Shown: positions 46,062 to 55,706 of the stretch, one piece after another
Position numbering within the stretch: the stretch's first letter is position 1
How the letters are laid out: each line of letters begins with the position of its first letter
Origin: a virus
Lineage: Duplodnaviria; Caudoviricetes
Reading direction: 5' to 3' (one strand)
Virus record (IMG/VR): IMGVR_UViG_3300033141_003493
Coordinates: 1-58,150 of that record
Length of the DNA: 58,150 nucleotides
The notes under the pieces: model-generated
Databases searched by the model: none
What the model saw: the letters and a program-made list of their open reading frames with translations, nothing else
Told to the model about the DNA's origin: nothing
Made by a program: the position numbers and the translations under genes

Positions 46062-47186
46062 ATGGTAACAATGAGAGAGTTCTTGCAGTGGGAAGCCGTC
46101 AGCAAAGATACCATTGACTTCAAGAAGGCCTATGTGGACATGGCCGGCGGTGACCTAATAGCCGGCCTGATGTTGAGCCAAATCGTGTTCTGGCACCTGC
46201 CGGATAAGCGTGGGGGAAGCAAGCTGCGCGTAGAAAGAGACGGCTACCAATGGATAGCCAAGAAGCGCACCGATTGGTACGAAGAGTGTCGTATCAGTGA
46301 CCAGCGAGCTCGGCGCGCCCTCAAGCTTCTAACGGAGCTCAACCTCATCGAAACCAAAGTGTACAAGTTTGCGGGCGTCCCCACAACTCATATCCGCATC
46401 CTGCCCGAGCCATTCCTGGCCGCTTGGGAGAACGTCGTCAGATCGCTGTACTCAGATGGGGGTCAATCAGATCGTGAAGGTGAACCAGATGAGACCAATG
46501 GTTTTGACCGAAAGGACCAAGACCTCTTGGGCGAAAGAACCAAGTCCTCTTGGTTGATTTCACCAAGTCCTCTTACAGAGACTACTACAGAGATTACTAC
46601 AGAGAGAGAAGGTCCGGCTTCGCCGGGTTCTCCCCCTGCTGATTCTTTAGCTAAAGTAGAAGCTTTACCTCAAGCTTCTCGTAAGAAAGCTCCAGCAGGG
46701 GGAGAAGTAGAGAAGATCGAGAAGCTAGAGAAGACCGAGAGGGTAAGAAAAACCGAGAAGCTAAAGAAGAAGAAGAGCGTTCTGACCAAGCATCCGGCTA
46801 TACAAGCGTTTCGTAGTGCTGCTTACAGATACCCACCTCGCGCCTGGTACAAGGAAGTTGTAGAGGCCATTGGTGAGAGAGAGGAGGATGTAGGGCGGTG
46901 GCGCGCCCTCGTGCACGACTGGTGTGGGCGGGGTTGGAACCCGGGCAACGTCGCGGGGATGCTGGAGAAGTTCCGCAAGGAGAAGGCGTCTCATGTGATC
47001 GAGGGGTATCTGGGAGGTGTTTGCGGATGCGATCCGCCGTCACCAGACGAGATTCGTCCTGATGGTCGCATAGTTCGCAAGGGCTATCTCGGGGGTGTTT
47101 ACGGATGTGATCCGCCGTCGCCAAACGAGATTCGTCCTGATGGCCGTGTGGTTCGCAAGGGGTATCTCGGAGGTGTTTGTGGATGA
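46062..47186 (+). CDS. replication initiator protein (wHTH) with C-terminal tandem repeats
   Basis: AGLMLSQIVFW...WIAK...W..E motif, TETTTEITTE linker. Confidence 0.75.
   Translation: MVTMREFLQWEAVSKDTIDFKKAYVDMAGGDLIAGLMLSQIVFWHLPDKRGGSKLRVERDGYQWIAKKRTDWYEECRISDQRARRALKLLTELNLIETKVYKFAGVPTTHIRILPEPFLAAWENVVRSLYSDGGQSDREGEPDETNGFDRKDQDLLGERTKSSWLISPSPLTETTTEITTEREGPASPGSPPADSLAKVEALPQASRKKAPAGGEVEKIEKLEKTERVRKTEKLKKKKSVLTKHPAIQAFRSAAYRYPPRAWYKEVVEAIGEREEDVGRWRALVHDWCGRGWNPGNVAGMLEKFRKEKASHVIEGYLGGVCGCDPPSPDEIRPDGRIVRKGYLGGVYGCDPPSPNEIRPDGRVVRKGYLGGVCG
47003..47186 (+). repeat. 78-bp tandem repeat x2.3
   Basis: units start at 47003, 47081, 47159; encodes GYLGGVxGCDPPSPxEIRPDGRxVRK. Confidence 0.9.
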
Positions 47187-48174
47187 GACACGTTCTGTGG
47201 TGTTCACGCCCAACGATGCGGTGCGTTTGGCCCTGGAGACGATTCGGGAACGTCGTGATGTCAAGAGGATTGGCGTAAGGACGGGCATCCCCACGCTGGA
47301 CGACTACCTGTTGCCGGCACGCCCGGGCGAACTCATAACCGTGTTGGGGAACAGTAGCAACTACAAGTCCGGGTTTCTGCAATGGTGGGCCAGGTATGCG
47401 GCCAGTGAGCTCGTGTCTGAGGAGCTCACTAACCAGTGTGTGATCTACGTGACTTGGGAGCAGGCTATCGAGGAGGTGCTGGCGTTTGACATGGCTTCGA
47501 CGGCTTCTATGTCGGTCGTGGACATCCTTTCTGGTCAGCTGAGCGATGACGAAGTTCAGCGGTTGGAGGAAGTTGTGGGGCCGCGTCGGGCCACTCTGCC
47601 GCTCTATCTGGTGGGGCATAGCGTTTCGGAGGGCCGGAAGCGTCCCGCGTTGACTCTGGACGTTGTGGGCAGGGCGCTGAACCTTATTCGCCGGGAGTTC
47701 GAGCTGACGCCCAGAATGATTCTGTTGGACTATCTCCAGATTATCGAACCCGGTAGGGGAGAGGACCGACGGATGCAGGTCTTTCACAACGTTCATCGCT
47801 GTAAGGACATGGCTCTAGCTATGTCCTGTCCTGTGGTGCTGGCTTCGCAGGCCAGGAGGAGCGTCATGGAGAAGCGTATCGCTGTTCCGGGCATAGCCGA
47901 CTCCGAGGAGTCCAGTAACGCAGAACATGCGTCGGACAAGATGCTGGGGCTTTGGATGCCCAAAACCAAGTATGCCGTTGGTGAGGAAGTGCCTATTGGC
48001 AAGGACAGGGACATCGAAGTGTCTGAGAGTCTGTTGTTGGTGAGGGTGCTCAAACAGAGGATGGGACCGGCGGGTCGGTTGTTTGATCTCTATGTCGACC
48101 CGGCAACGAACTACATTGGCCCGCGTGACGATAAAGAGGTTTTCTTTGAAGGGACTGAACCTATCCCGTTCTAG
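47179..48174 (+). CDS. dnaB: DnaB-like replicative helicase
   Basis: TGIPTLD, Walker A variant GNSSNYKS, LDYLQ, ASQ, KQRMG; GTG start with SD GGAGG. Confidence 0.85.
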   Translation: MDETRSVVFTPNDAVRLALETIRERRDVKRIGVRTGIPTLDDYLLPARPGELITVLGNSSNYKSGFLQWWARYAASELVSEELTNQCVIYVTWEQAIEEVLAFDMASTASMSVVDILSGQLSDDEVQRLEEVVGPRRATLPLYLVGHSVSEGRKRPALTLDVVGRALNLIRREFELTPRMILLDYLQIIEPGRGEDRRMQVFHNVHRCKDMALAMSCPVVLASQARRSVMEKRIAVPGIADSEESSNAEHASDKMLGLWMPKTKYAVGEEVPIGKDRDIEVSESLLLVRVLKQRMGPAGRLFDLYVDPATNYIGPRDDKEVFFEGTEPIPF

Positions 48175-48194
48175 TAATGCATGGGGTGGACTAA

Positions 48195-49748
48195 ATGTGG
48201 ACGATAGTCCGCGGTAACGCTCTGCACTTGCCGTTGGCGGATAGGTCCGTGCAGTGCGTTGTGACCTCGCCACCGTACTGGGGTCTGCGGGTATATGCTG
48301 GTGTTCAGCCGTCGGTATGGGGCGGTGATCCTGAGTGCGAGCACGACTGGGATGTAGCGTGCTATCGGCGTAGAAGTAACGATGACAAAGGGGGCGGGAA
48401 GCAACTTACCAACGTGGGCTCTACCGGGCGCGATGTGCCTATAGAGTATGCTACTTGTTCCCATTGCGGTGCGTGGTATGGCTGTCTGGGTCTGGAACCG
48501 ACGCCGGGTCTTTATGTGCAGCATCTGGTAGAGGTTTTTAGAGAGGTGTGGCGTGTGCTGCGCCCGGACGGGACCCTGTGGTTGAACCTGGGAGATACGT
48601 ACAACTCGAACCCGTCCTGGGGGCGTGGGCGGAGTACCCTAGAAAGCCGGCGACAAAGTGTTATTCCCCCGAAACCTGCGGGCGGCTGGTATGACCATAG
48701 CAAGACGGTCGATCTCAAGTCCAAAGACTTGGTAGGAATCCCCTGGCGTGTGGCTTTCGCGCTGCAAGCTGAGGGTTGGTACCTTCGCAGCGATATCATC
48801 TGGGCCAAGGGGCTGTCGTTCTGCCCGGCCTACAGTGGTTCCGTCATGCCCGAGTCGGTTGCTGATCGCCCCACATCCGCATACGAACATGTCTTCTTGC
48901 TGAGCAAAAGTGTGCGCTATTACTACGACAACGATGCGGTGAGGGAGCCGCAGGCTGGTTATATGTACAGGGGGCGTGGAGGTCTCAGTAAGGCGGATTA
49001 TGAAAATCGTAAATGGACAACGCGCTCCGATGGTCTCTCTCGTCCACCGATGACCATGAATAATCGTCAGTATCATGCCGCTGGGCGCAATCTGCGGAAC
49101 GTATGGGCTATCAATCCTAGCCCTTTTCGTGGCGCGCATTTCGCTACGTTCCCGCCCGCTCTTGTGGAGTGCTGTATCAAAGCGGGCACAAGTGAGTGTG
49201 GATGCTGCCCGCATTGCGGTGCGCCGTGGGAGCGGGTGGTGGAGAGAGAGGCGCTTGGCGAGAGGGATGACACAGGTCGTACACACGGCTTGGCCCCGCA
49301 ACGCCTGAATAGCCCTGGCGCGCCGCCTGAGCGCGGGTGGCAAGCAGCCCATACCACTATTGGCTGGCAACCAACCTGCGATTGCCCAGAACATGACCCG
49401 GTTCCGTGTGTCGTTCTGGACCCCTTTGCCGGTGCGGGGACTACGTTGCTGGTAGCGGACCGTTTGGGAAGGCATGGCGTGGGCGTGGAGTTGAGCGGTG
49501 AGTACTGTGATATGGCGCGTAAGCGCTGTTATCAGGATGCGCCATTGTTAGCATGGACCAGAGGGCAAGATGATTGTCGGGGTAACGCCGGAGATGTGGG
49601 AAGAGGTGTGCGCCCTGGCCCGTCGCAGGCATTTGCCCAAGGAGAGGCTGGGTATCAGGGGGGCCTGGCAGGGGTCGTCGCTGAAGACGCACCAGATGGG
49701 GCTCCTGGGCGAGCTGGCCGTGGCTCGGGTGTTGGCCTTGCAGATTGA
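48195..49748 (+). CDS. beta-class N4/N6 DNA methyltransferase
   Basis: TSPPY, WLNLGD, HFATFP, VLDPFAGAGTT. Confidence 0.9.
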   Translation: MWTIVRGNALHLPLADRSVQCVVTSPPYWGLRVYAGVQPSVWGGDPECEHDWDVACYRRRSNDDKGGGKQLTNVGSTGRDVPIEYATCSHCGAWYGCLGLEPTPGLYVQHLVEVFREVWRVLRPDGTLWLNLGDTYNSNPSWGRGRSTLESRRQSVIPPKPAGGWYDHSKTVDLKSKDLVGIPWRVAFALQAEGWYLRSDIIWAKGLSFCPAYSGSVMPESVADRPTSAYEHVFLLSKSVRYYYDNDAVREPQAGYMYRGRGGLSKADYENRKWTTRSDGLSRPPMTMNNRQYHAAGRNLRNVWAINPSPFRGAHFATFPPALVECCIKAGTSECGCCPHCGAPWERVVEREALGERDDTGRTHGLAPQRLNSPGAPPERGWQAAHTTIGWQPTCDCPEHDPVPCVVLDPFAGAGTTLLVADRLGRHGVGVELSGEYCDMARKRCYQDAPLLAWTRGQDDCRGNAGDVGRGVRPGPSQAFAQGEAGYQGGLAGVVAEDAPDGAPGRAGRGSGVGLAD

Positions 49749-50112
49749 CACTGAGGCCCGGTTGTGTGGTGATGATGGTGCGGACCTGAGGTTGCCGGAT
49801 GGTAGAAGTGTGCAGGTGAAGTATCGGCAGAGGAGGGGATGGGACTATGGCTTAGCGGGGACCGATCTCGGTGAGCTGGCTGATGTGAATGTGCTCGTAT
49901 GGCCGGTAGACCAGGGCTGGCCGCCGGAAAGTGTTGAGGTGGTTGGCTATTTGTGCAGAGAGGAGTTCTGTGCGGAGAACGTCTATGTGCTGGACCGCCG
50001 GCATGGTAGAAGGCTCTGGGCCAAGCACAAGGCGTTTCATCCGATTGAGGATCTGGAGGGTGAGTATGTACTTGCGGAATCCGATGGCTCGCATGTTCCA
50101 GAGGCTGTGTGA
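49570..50112 (+). CDS. PD-(D/E)XK nuclease-like protein
   Basis: GELAV...DDGADL...VQVK. Confidence 0.55.
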   Translation: MIVGVTPEMWEEVCALARRRHLPKERLGIRGAWQGSSLKTHQMGLLGELAVARVLALQIDTEARLCGDDGADLRLPDGRSVQVKYRQRRGWDYGLAGTDLGELADVNVLVWPVDQGWPPESVEVVGYLCREEFCAENVYVLDRRHGRRLWAKHKAFHPIEDLEGEYVLAESDGSHVPEAV

Positions 50113-50290
50113 GGAGTTCTTTCGTAAGGAGTTTAGGCCGGAGTATATACATCCGGTCGAGGAGAGGATCGCTTTTTGGAGGGTGCTGGATGATAGGTGG
50201 GGTAAGGAGGCCGTATTCCGACACGGCAGGTGGATCGTCAAGATTCTGAACACCATCGAGGATGATGCGCGGGAGGTGGCATATGGCTAG
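50066..50290 (+). CDS. hypothetical protein
   Basis: SD GGAGG, ATG 50066. Confidence 0.45.
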   Translation: MYLRNPMARMFQRLCEEFFRKEFRPEYIHPVEERIAFWRVLDDRWGKEAVFRHGRWIVKILNTIEDDAREVAYG

Positions 50291-50451
50291 CCGGTCCTCA
50301 GTCTGGTTCCGGTTCCATGTTGATATTATATGGGATGACGGCGGTCTGGGGCTTACATGGACTTTGTATAATGGTGCAGGAGAGGTGGCACTTCGCATTC
50401 TGGGGTTGGTTGTGTCTTTGGAGTGGTGGCCATCGGATGTGTGGGTAGCAG

Positions 50452-50853
50452 ATGTCCAAGTTGCGTTGGGATGTCAAGAAGGACCGGAATCACACGAAGA
50501 TAGCCGGGGCCTTCCGTGAGTTGGGCTGGGTGTGGATTGATACTCATTGGGCCGGTCAGTTTCACGCGGGTTTCCCTGATGGCCTGGCTTGTTGCGATGG
50601 CCGGGTGCTGTTTGTGGAGGTCAAGTCGGCGACGGGGCGGCTGAGCGGTGACCAAAAGGTGTTTCGGGAGTATCTGGGGAGCGATGCCGAATACGTCGTC
50701 TTGAGAAGCGCGGAGGAGGTCTATGACTTGGTTTGCGCTGGGGCTCGTGGTCGGGGCGATGCTGACGGTTTGGCTGATGCTGTGTTGGCTGAAGGCTCAG
50801 AATCTGAAAGTGATGTGTCGGGGCAGAAGGTGCTGGATAGAGTGGCGGGATGA
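50452..50853 (+). CDS. VRR-NUC-like nuclease / resolvase
   Basis: DRNH..I...GFPD...FVEVK...GRLS..Q. Confidence 0.8.
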   Translation: MSKLRWDVKKDRNHTKIAGAFRELGWVWIDTHWAGQFHAGFPDGLACCDGRVLFVEVKSATGRLSGDQKVFREYLGSDAEYVVLRSAEEVYDLVCAGARGRGDADGLADAVLAEGSESESDVSGQKVLDRVAG

Positions 50854-50981
50854 CCCGTTTCGGTTGCCTTTTGATGAGCTGGCCGACACTACTGTGGAGC
50901 AAGAGATGGCCGAGTGGCTTGGGCAGGATGTAGATGAGTAGGACAGCGCTGGGGGCCGGAGGTTGTTGAGCGGGTCTTGAT

Positions 50982-51245
50982 GTGGAGATGGCTATGCGCT
51001 ATGACGCGGGGCGCGGGATACTTCGACTGGCCGAAAACCCGTGGGAAGATGTAGATGACACGCTGGACGTGATCGGGTTTCTCCGTTGTCTTAGCCGCAG
51101 GCAGCGGAGCGTGGCCTTTCTCTGGATGATGGGGTGGACTCAGGCGGAGATTGGGGCGCTTTTGGGGATTAGTCAGCAGGCGGTTTCCAAGTGTTTGTCT
51201 TCGCATCGCCGAAAACACGGTGCACCGGACCCGGCGGGGTTGTAA
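50982..51245 (+). CDS. sigma70 region-4-like HTH regulator (late activator candidate)
   Basis: LSRRQR...GWTQAEIGALLGISQQAVSK. Confidence 0.7.
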   Translation: MEMAMRYDAGRGILRLAENPWEDVDDTLDVIGFLRCLSRRQRSVAFLWMMGWTQAEIGALLGISQQAVSKCLSSHRRKHGAPDPAGL

Positions 51246-51559
51246 ACGAGCCGTCTCCCCATGTTCTTATAGTAGACGGTATGTTAGTTTCTCGCCGGGA
51301 TATAGTGTCGTGGGTTTTGGTATTTGTGCGCTCTGTGAGCAAGAATCTTATCTCTACGGCTATCTCTGTCGGTCCTGCCGGGAGGCGATGGGTGTTGACC
51401 GGCTGGGGTATTCGGAGTGGCCCGAGGAGTTGCGCGACCTTATTACAGAGCATCAGCGGTGGCTGAACGGCTACCGGTATGAGTTTTCGGTTTCCGAACT
51501 GGGCGAAGGGGCGGCGCGGGATGTAGATAATCTGTTCTACGGGGAGGGGGAGGAGTCGT

Positions 51560-51961
51560 ATGCGTAGTAAGACTGTTGTTGACTGGGTGCTCCCTTTCCT
51601 CGGGGCGTTAGTCACTATGCTATTCGGACCGTGGAGCGTGGCTCTGCGTTTTCTGCTAATAGTGATGGTATTGGATGTCGTCTCTGGCTGGACCAGGGCT
51701 TGGATTCAGGCTCGCCTGTCGAGCAAGGAGTCCTGGAGGGGGTTTGCTAAGAAGTTATTGATTTGGTGCGCGGTGGCTTTGGCACATCAACTCTCTGGGC
51801 CGCTGGATTTCCCGGGCCTACGTGATCTAGTGGTCGGTTGGTACTGTATGTCTGAGGCCCTTAGTGTGCTGGAGAACCTGGCCGCTGCCGGGGTTCCGTT
51901 CCCCGACTGGCTTGCTGACCGATTGGAGGCAGCGAGGGGTGACAAGTTCAGATGCGGTTAG
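51560..51961 (+). CDS. phage holin (holin_4_1-like)
   Basis: TM segments, LDVVSG, SS...GFAKK, EALSVLENL...GVPFP. Confidence 0.85.
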   Translation: MRSKTVVDWVLPFLGALVTMLFGPWSVALRFLLIVMVLDVVSGWTRAWIQARLSSKESWRGFAKKLLIWCAVALAHQLSGPLDFPGLRDLVVGWYCMSEALSVLENLAAAGVPFPDWLADRLEAARGDKFRCG

Positions 51962-52235
51962 GTTTAGGGTTCTGCGGCGTGACAACTTCCGCTGCGTGGA
52001 CTGTGGTGCTTATCCCTGTTCGACCGTTCATCATATCATCAGCCGTCGGTACAAGGGTGCGTGGGACGAGAAGAATATGGTGACCTTGTGTCAGCGTTGT
52101 CATCTTGAAGGGCCGGGGCGTTCCGGTGCGCATTCTCACGAAGCCCGGAGGCGTCACCTAGAGTATCTGGAGCGTCGCTTCGGCTATGTCTACTCTGGGG
52201 GTCCTTGGCTGGAAGCGCTGGAAAGGGCCTCTTGA
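51939..52235 (+). CDS. HNH endonuclease
   Basis: RDNFRCVDCG...HHI...N..TLCQRCH. Confidence 0.85.
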   Translation: MTSSDAVRFRVLRRDNFRCVDCGAYPCSTVHHIISRRYKGAWDEKNMVTLCQRCHLEGPGRSGAHSHEARRRHLEYLERRFGYVYSGGPWLEALERAS

Positions 52236-52552
52236 GTTTTGGGCTTGCCCGGTATCAGCGCTAGGCAGATGAAGAAGAAGAGATTGAGTACCGGAACGAA
52301 AGTTACCAGCACCCATGCCCCAGATGAGCGCATATCTTTCAGGCGTCGCAGTACGAGGGTGATGACGCCGATGGTGCCTAGGATGCTCAGGCTGGTTGGT
52401 GGATAGGCGCTCAGATCAGCCCCTAGGCTCCAGTCTATCACTGTGATGACTAGCGCCAGGATGAGCAGATACACGTAGCCCAGGACGAAAGCCAGGCGAC
52501 CTGCGGGCCGTCTTGCGTCAAACACCCTGAGCGGGTTCAGATAGTCGTTCAT
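52190..52552 (-). CDS. DUF805-family membrane protein
   Basis: GR..F, RRLKD..SGAW, VPVLN...IPG motifs. Confidence 0.75.
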   Translation of the reverse strand: MNDYLNPLRVFDARRPAGRLAFVLGYVYLLILALVITVIDWSLGADLSAYPPTSLSILGTIGVITLVLRRLKDMRSSGAWVLVTFVPVLNLFFFICLALIPGKPKTQEALSSASSQGPPE

Positions 52553-52592
52553 TTAGTTCCCCCTGTACCTTACCAACTGAATAGAATCTACT

Positions 52593-52633
52593 CTACACCA
52601 GAGCAACGCCGGTGCTCGACGTTGCTCTGGTGT
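52593..52633. terminator. 15-bp stem hairpin ending the leftward early operon
   Basis: TACACCAGAGCAACG ... CGTTGCTCTGGTGTA. Confidence 0.7.
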
Positions 52634-52647
52634 ACAGCGGTATGTGT

Positions 52648-52941
52648 TTAGCTGCACCTCCTTTCTGCGGATGCGACCACGGTTACACCGGCCTCTGCGA
52701 AGGCGCGCTCGACCTCGCCGATGTAGTTCCAGGCGGCTGCGCCGTCCTTGGACATCTCGATGATCGGTGTGTCTGCGGGATAGATTAGCGCGTTGCCCGG
52801 CCTACTTCGTGGACGGTCCATCGTGAAGAAGGCGAACACGCTGTGGGCTCGCTTGTCTGCCGGTAGTTCGTCGAGGACACGAGCCGCGATGTTCTGTGCC
52901 TCTTCGAGCGTGACGCCCTTTACGTAGATTGTGCTGCGCAT
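52648..52941 (-). CDS. hypothetical early protein
   Basis: SD AGGAGG, ATG 52941. Confidence 0.65.
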   Translation of the reverse strand: MRSTIYVKGVTLEEAQNIAARVLDELPADKRAHSVFAFFTMDRPRSRPGNALIYPADTPIIEMSKDGAAAWNYIGEVERAFAEAGVTVVASAERRCS

Positions 52942-53312
52942 GTTAGACCTCCTACTACTCTGCTGTCCGTATATGGCCCGCCGGAGTTTTGTCCACCGTG
53001 CCAACCGTGTAATACCTCGATCAGTACCCTCTCTCCGTCAATGGTTACCTCCCAGGTTTCGATCATATCCTGGTAGGTAACGCGGTCTAGGCCTGCGAGC
53101 TCATACGTGTCCCCGGCGCGCTTGGCGATTAGACGGGCGGTTATGACGTGGCCGTCCTCTTTGAGACACTGGATAAGCGTATCTAAAGACACGGCTCGGG
53201 GATTCCACACGGAGTTGTCCTGCTGTATGGACTCCCAACGAAGATTGTCTATCTCCCGTTGGACCGCTTGGGGCAGAGTAAGAGTCTCGCCCAGGCTGTT
53301 TGTTCTCTGCAT
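52920..53312 (-). CDS. hypothetical early protein
   Basis: SD AGGAGG, ATG 53312. Confidence 0.6.
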   Translation of the reverse strand: MQRTNSLGETLTLPQAVQREIDNLRWESIQQDNSVWNPRAVSLDTLIQCLKEDGHVITARLIAKRAGDTYELAGLDRVTYQDMIETWEVTIDGERVLIEVLHGWHGGQNSGGPYTDSRVVGGLTCAAQST

Positions 53313-53313
53313 G

Positions 53314-53706
53314 TCACACCTCCTCATAACCCTCTTCGGAGAGCACATCCAAAAACTCTGCATCTACATTGTGCTCAAGTTCCGCGCCCCGAGCAGATAT
53401 GAGCGCTCGGAGATGTAGAGTATCGTTCGGCCACATGGCCAGCAAGTCAGAATACGTGGCGCAGCGGTGCTTCTGCGTAAAGATGGCCCAGCCTTCTTCC
53501 CAGCTGCCAACCTTCTCGTATCCGAGTATCTCCATCCGGCGATCAGCACGGTCGGCAATCTCGGCCCAGACAGGTCGCTCGTCTGGAGGCCTGTCCGGTA
53601 ACTCGTCTGGCCTGGGTAAGGTGAGCGCAACTGCACCGTTCTTGCCGAGCGTACATTCCACCCCATACGCCAGGCCCTCTACATAAACTGTCATGTGTCG
53701 GTTCAT
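53314..53706 (-). CDS. hypothetical early protein
   Basis: 130 aa, SD GGAGG. Confidence 0.65.
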   Translation of the reverse strand: MNRHMTVYVEGLAYGVECTLGKNGAVALTLPRPDELPDRPPDERPVWAEIADRADRRMEILGYEKVGSWEEGWAIFTQKHRCATYSDLLAMWPNDTLHLRALISARGAELEHNVDAEFLDVLSEEGYEEV

Positions 53707-53716
53707 CTCAACCCTC

Positions 53717-54130
53717 CTAGCCGAACTGCACTAGGTAGTCTGGCCCGCCCTCTACCCGAATGATCGCGTTGTACGGTCCCCACCCCAGGACCTGTATGTC
53801 CAGGATCTCGTAGTCGCTCTCGGCAATAGCGGAGATATCCTCATCATCCGATGCGTCGCCGACTGGCTCCACCAACCATGGCGGCCGTTCATAGGGCCGG
53901 ATCATCTGCGCCGCCATGATGTTGCATTGGCGCAGGTCGTCCTCAATGTACTGTCGGACGACGTGCTTGATGTACTCGCGTTCCTCGTCGGAGCGGCCCT
54001 CTCCACAAAACCGCGTCAGGTCCGCAGCGTAGGATGCTGGAGAGTACCCCTGGCCGAGGTACTCTCGCAGCGTAGTCGTCTGGGCAGAGTACTGCTCTCC
54101 CACCATCTGCCGCAACTGTTCTCTGTTCAT
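53717..54130 (-). CDS. hypothetical early protein (paralog of 71-301 with C-terminal extension)
   Basis: MNREQLRQMVGEQY; SD GGAGG. Confidence 0.7.
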   Translation of the reverse strand: MNREQLRQMVGEQYSAQTTTLREYLGQGYSPASYAADLTRFCGEGRSDEEREYIKHVVRQYIEDDLRQCNIMAAQMIRPYERPPWLVEPVGDASDDEDISAIAESDYEILDIQVLGWGPYNAIIRVEGGPDYLVQFG

Positions 54131-54131
54131 G

Positions 54132-54326
54132 TCACACCTCCAGTCCATATGCTTTGCGGAACCACGTTTTGGCTTCGGCGAGACTGTTCGCCTTGGCCAG
54201 CACGGTGTCTCGGTCGAGACGGTCACCCTCCGGTCTTGCTCCCACTACGTATCCGCCCCTGCTGGTCAATACCCAGTACACTTGCTCGCCTTCCGAGATT
54301 GTCTCTAGGATGTCGATCTTGTCCAT
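54132..54326 (-). CDS. hypothetical early protein
   Basis: 64 aa, SD AGGAGG. Confidence 0.6.
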   Translation of the reverse strand: MDKIDILETISEGEQVYWVLTSRGGYVVGARPEGDRLDRDTVLAKANSLAEAKTWFRKAYGLEV

Positions 54327-54434
54327 GTAAGCCCTCCTGGTGCTACAGACATCCGCGGATGATGATGAGGATGGCCAAGCCTACGAAGTAGGCTGTAAGG
54401 TATGGCATTGCTGCCGATGGCGGCTTTCGTCTCA

Positions 54435-54674
54435 TCATAACCGTACTGCCTCCTCCGGGTATAGATAGGCTTCTACGTCGTCTCTGGCTAACTCCATGGC
54501 CTCATCTTCCGCCGTTGCCTCATCGTAGCCTTCGGCCAGCAGTTGCGCAAGTCGTATTGCGTATCTGTCCTCGTACATTCGGTCAAGGTATTGGCGATAG
54601 GACCGCGCAGCAGCGGCGCGGAGCGCCTCACCATCCGGGCGGTACCCGAGTATCCGCCTCAAGTTTTTCATCAT
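54435..54674 (-). CDS. hypothetical acidic early protein
   Basis: 79 aa, SD AAGGAG. Confidence 0.6.
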   Translation of the reverse strand: MMKNLRRILGYRPDGEALRAAAARSYRQYLDRMYEDRYAIRLAQLLAEGYDEATAEDEAMELARDDVEAYLYPEEAVRL

Positions 54675-55038
54675 CGTATATCTCCTTGGTTATTACCAGG
54701 GGGTATACCCCCGGCTCGTGCCGATATGCCCGTCGCCCGATGCGGATAAAGTACTCGGGCAGCGCATCGGCTAGCTTCTCTGCCCGCAGTCGCACATCTG
54801 CCTCGCAGCTCTCGTAGTGCTGTTTGGCTTCCCTGGCCCGACTCTGGAGTTCATCAAGCCGCTCTCGCCAGGCGTAAAAGTGCTCGATGCTTTCAAAGTA
54901 CTCTGGGGCGTTCTGTATGTGATAGTCCCGCGCCTGTGCTGCCTTGTCGGCGGCGGTCTTGGCCTCGGTCAGTCTTTCCTTGGCCGAGGCCCACTTCGCA
55001 AGAAGCCCCTCCAGTTGGTCCTGTGTTACGTCGTACAT
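54628..55038 (-). CDS. hypothetical coiled-coil early protein
   Basis: SD AAGGAGG, ATG 55038. Confidence 0.6.
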   Translation of the reverse strand: MYDVTQDQLEGLLAKWASAKERLTEAKTAADKAAQARDYHIQNAPEYFESIEHFYAWRERLDELQSRAREAKQHYESCEADVRLRAEKLADALPEYFIRIGRRAYRHEPGVYPLVITKEIYDDEKLEADTRVPPGW

Positions 55039-55067
55039 GTTACCTCCTTTGGTAATCGGTTGATGGT

Positions 55068-55313
55068 TCATGGTGCTCCCCTCATCCTGAGGCCGACGTA
55101 CCCGCCGGCTCGGTACGCTGCTTGTGCTTCCTGGTATCGTTCTCTGCTTCTCTCGTACCAGTGCACGTGGGGGTTATTCTCACTGAAGACCACGAATGCA
55201 CTCTGAGCGTCGATGCCCTCGTACTCGCAAGCTCGCGCCCATGCTAGGCGTGCCGCCTCTTGTAGCAGGCTAAGATACTGCTCGGCTTGACGGTTCAGTT
55301 GCTTCTGGTTCAT
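55068..55313 (-). CDS. hypothetical early protein
   Basis: AW..AC..EGID..S.FVVFS..NP motif; SD AGGAG. Confidence 0.6.
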   Translation of the reverse strand: MNQKQLNRQAEQYLSLLQEAARLAWARACEYEGIDAQSAFVVFSENNPHVHWYERSRERYQEAQAAYRAGGYVGLRMRGAP

Positions 55314-55666
55314 GATTCTCTCCTGATCGCTTCCAACTGCCACGGCTGCCAGCGCTTCCAGTGGTTGGGCGGGCATACGCCTGACCAATCGCAGACGATA
55401 CAGCCCCGCGAATCGCAGATCGGGCAGCTTACGACTCGGGCACCTGGTACCTCCGGGTCTGGTGCCCAGTCGGTACCGCCGAGGATTCGCTCCCCCGTCT
55501 TGGTCTGTGCAGCCCAGTAGACAATGCTAAGCCCTCTCCGCCTCGCTTTCTCCCTTTGCTGGCTGATCTCGACTCGGTTCATTGCCGGCATCAACTCGTG
55601 TGTTTCTGGTGGGTCTGTTGGTCTTCTGGCGTAGCCGAGCACGTGATAGGTATAGCTGCGGCCCAT
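55310..55666 (-). CDS. zinc-finger early protein
   Basis: CPICDSRGCIVCDWSG; SD AAGGAGG. Confidence 0.65.
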   Translation of the reverse strand: MGRSYTYHVLGYARRPTDPPETHELMPAMNRVEISQQREKARRRGLSIVYWAAQTKTGERILGGTDWAPDPEVPGARVVSCPICDSRGCIVCDWSGVCPPNHWKRWQPWQLEAIRRES

Positions 55667-55706
55667 GATAACCTCCTTGTGGGCCTATTGTCGTTCGGCC
55701 TTGTGA

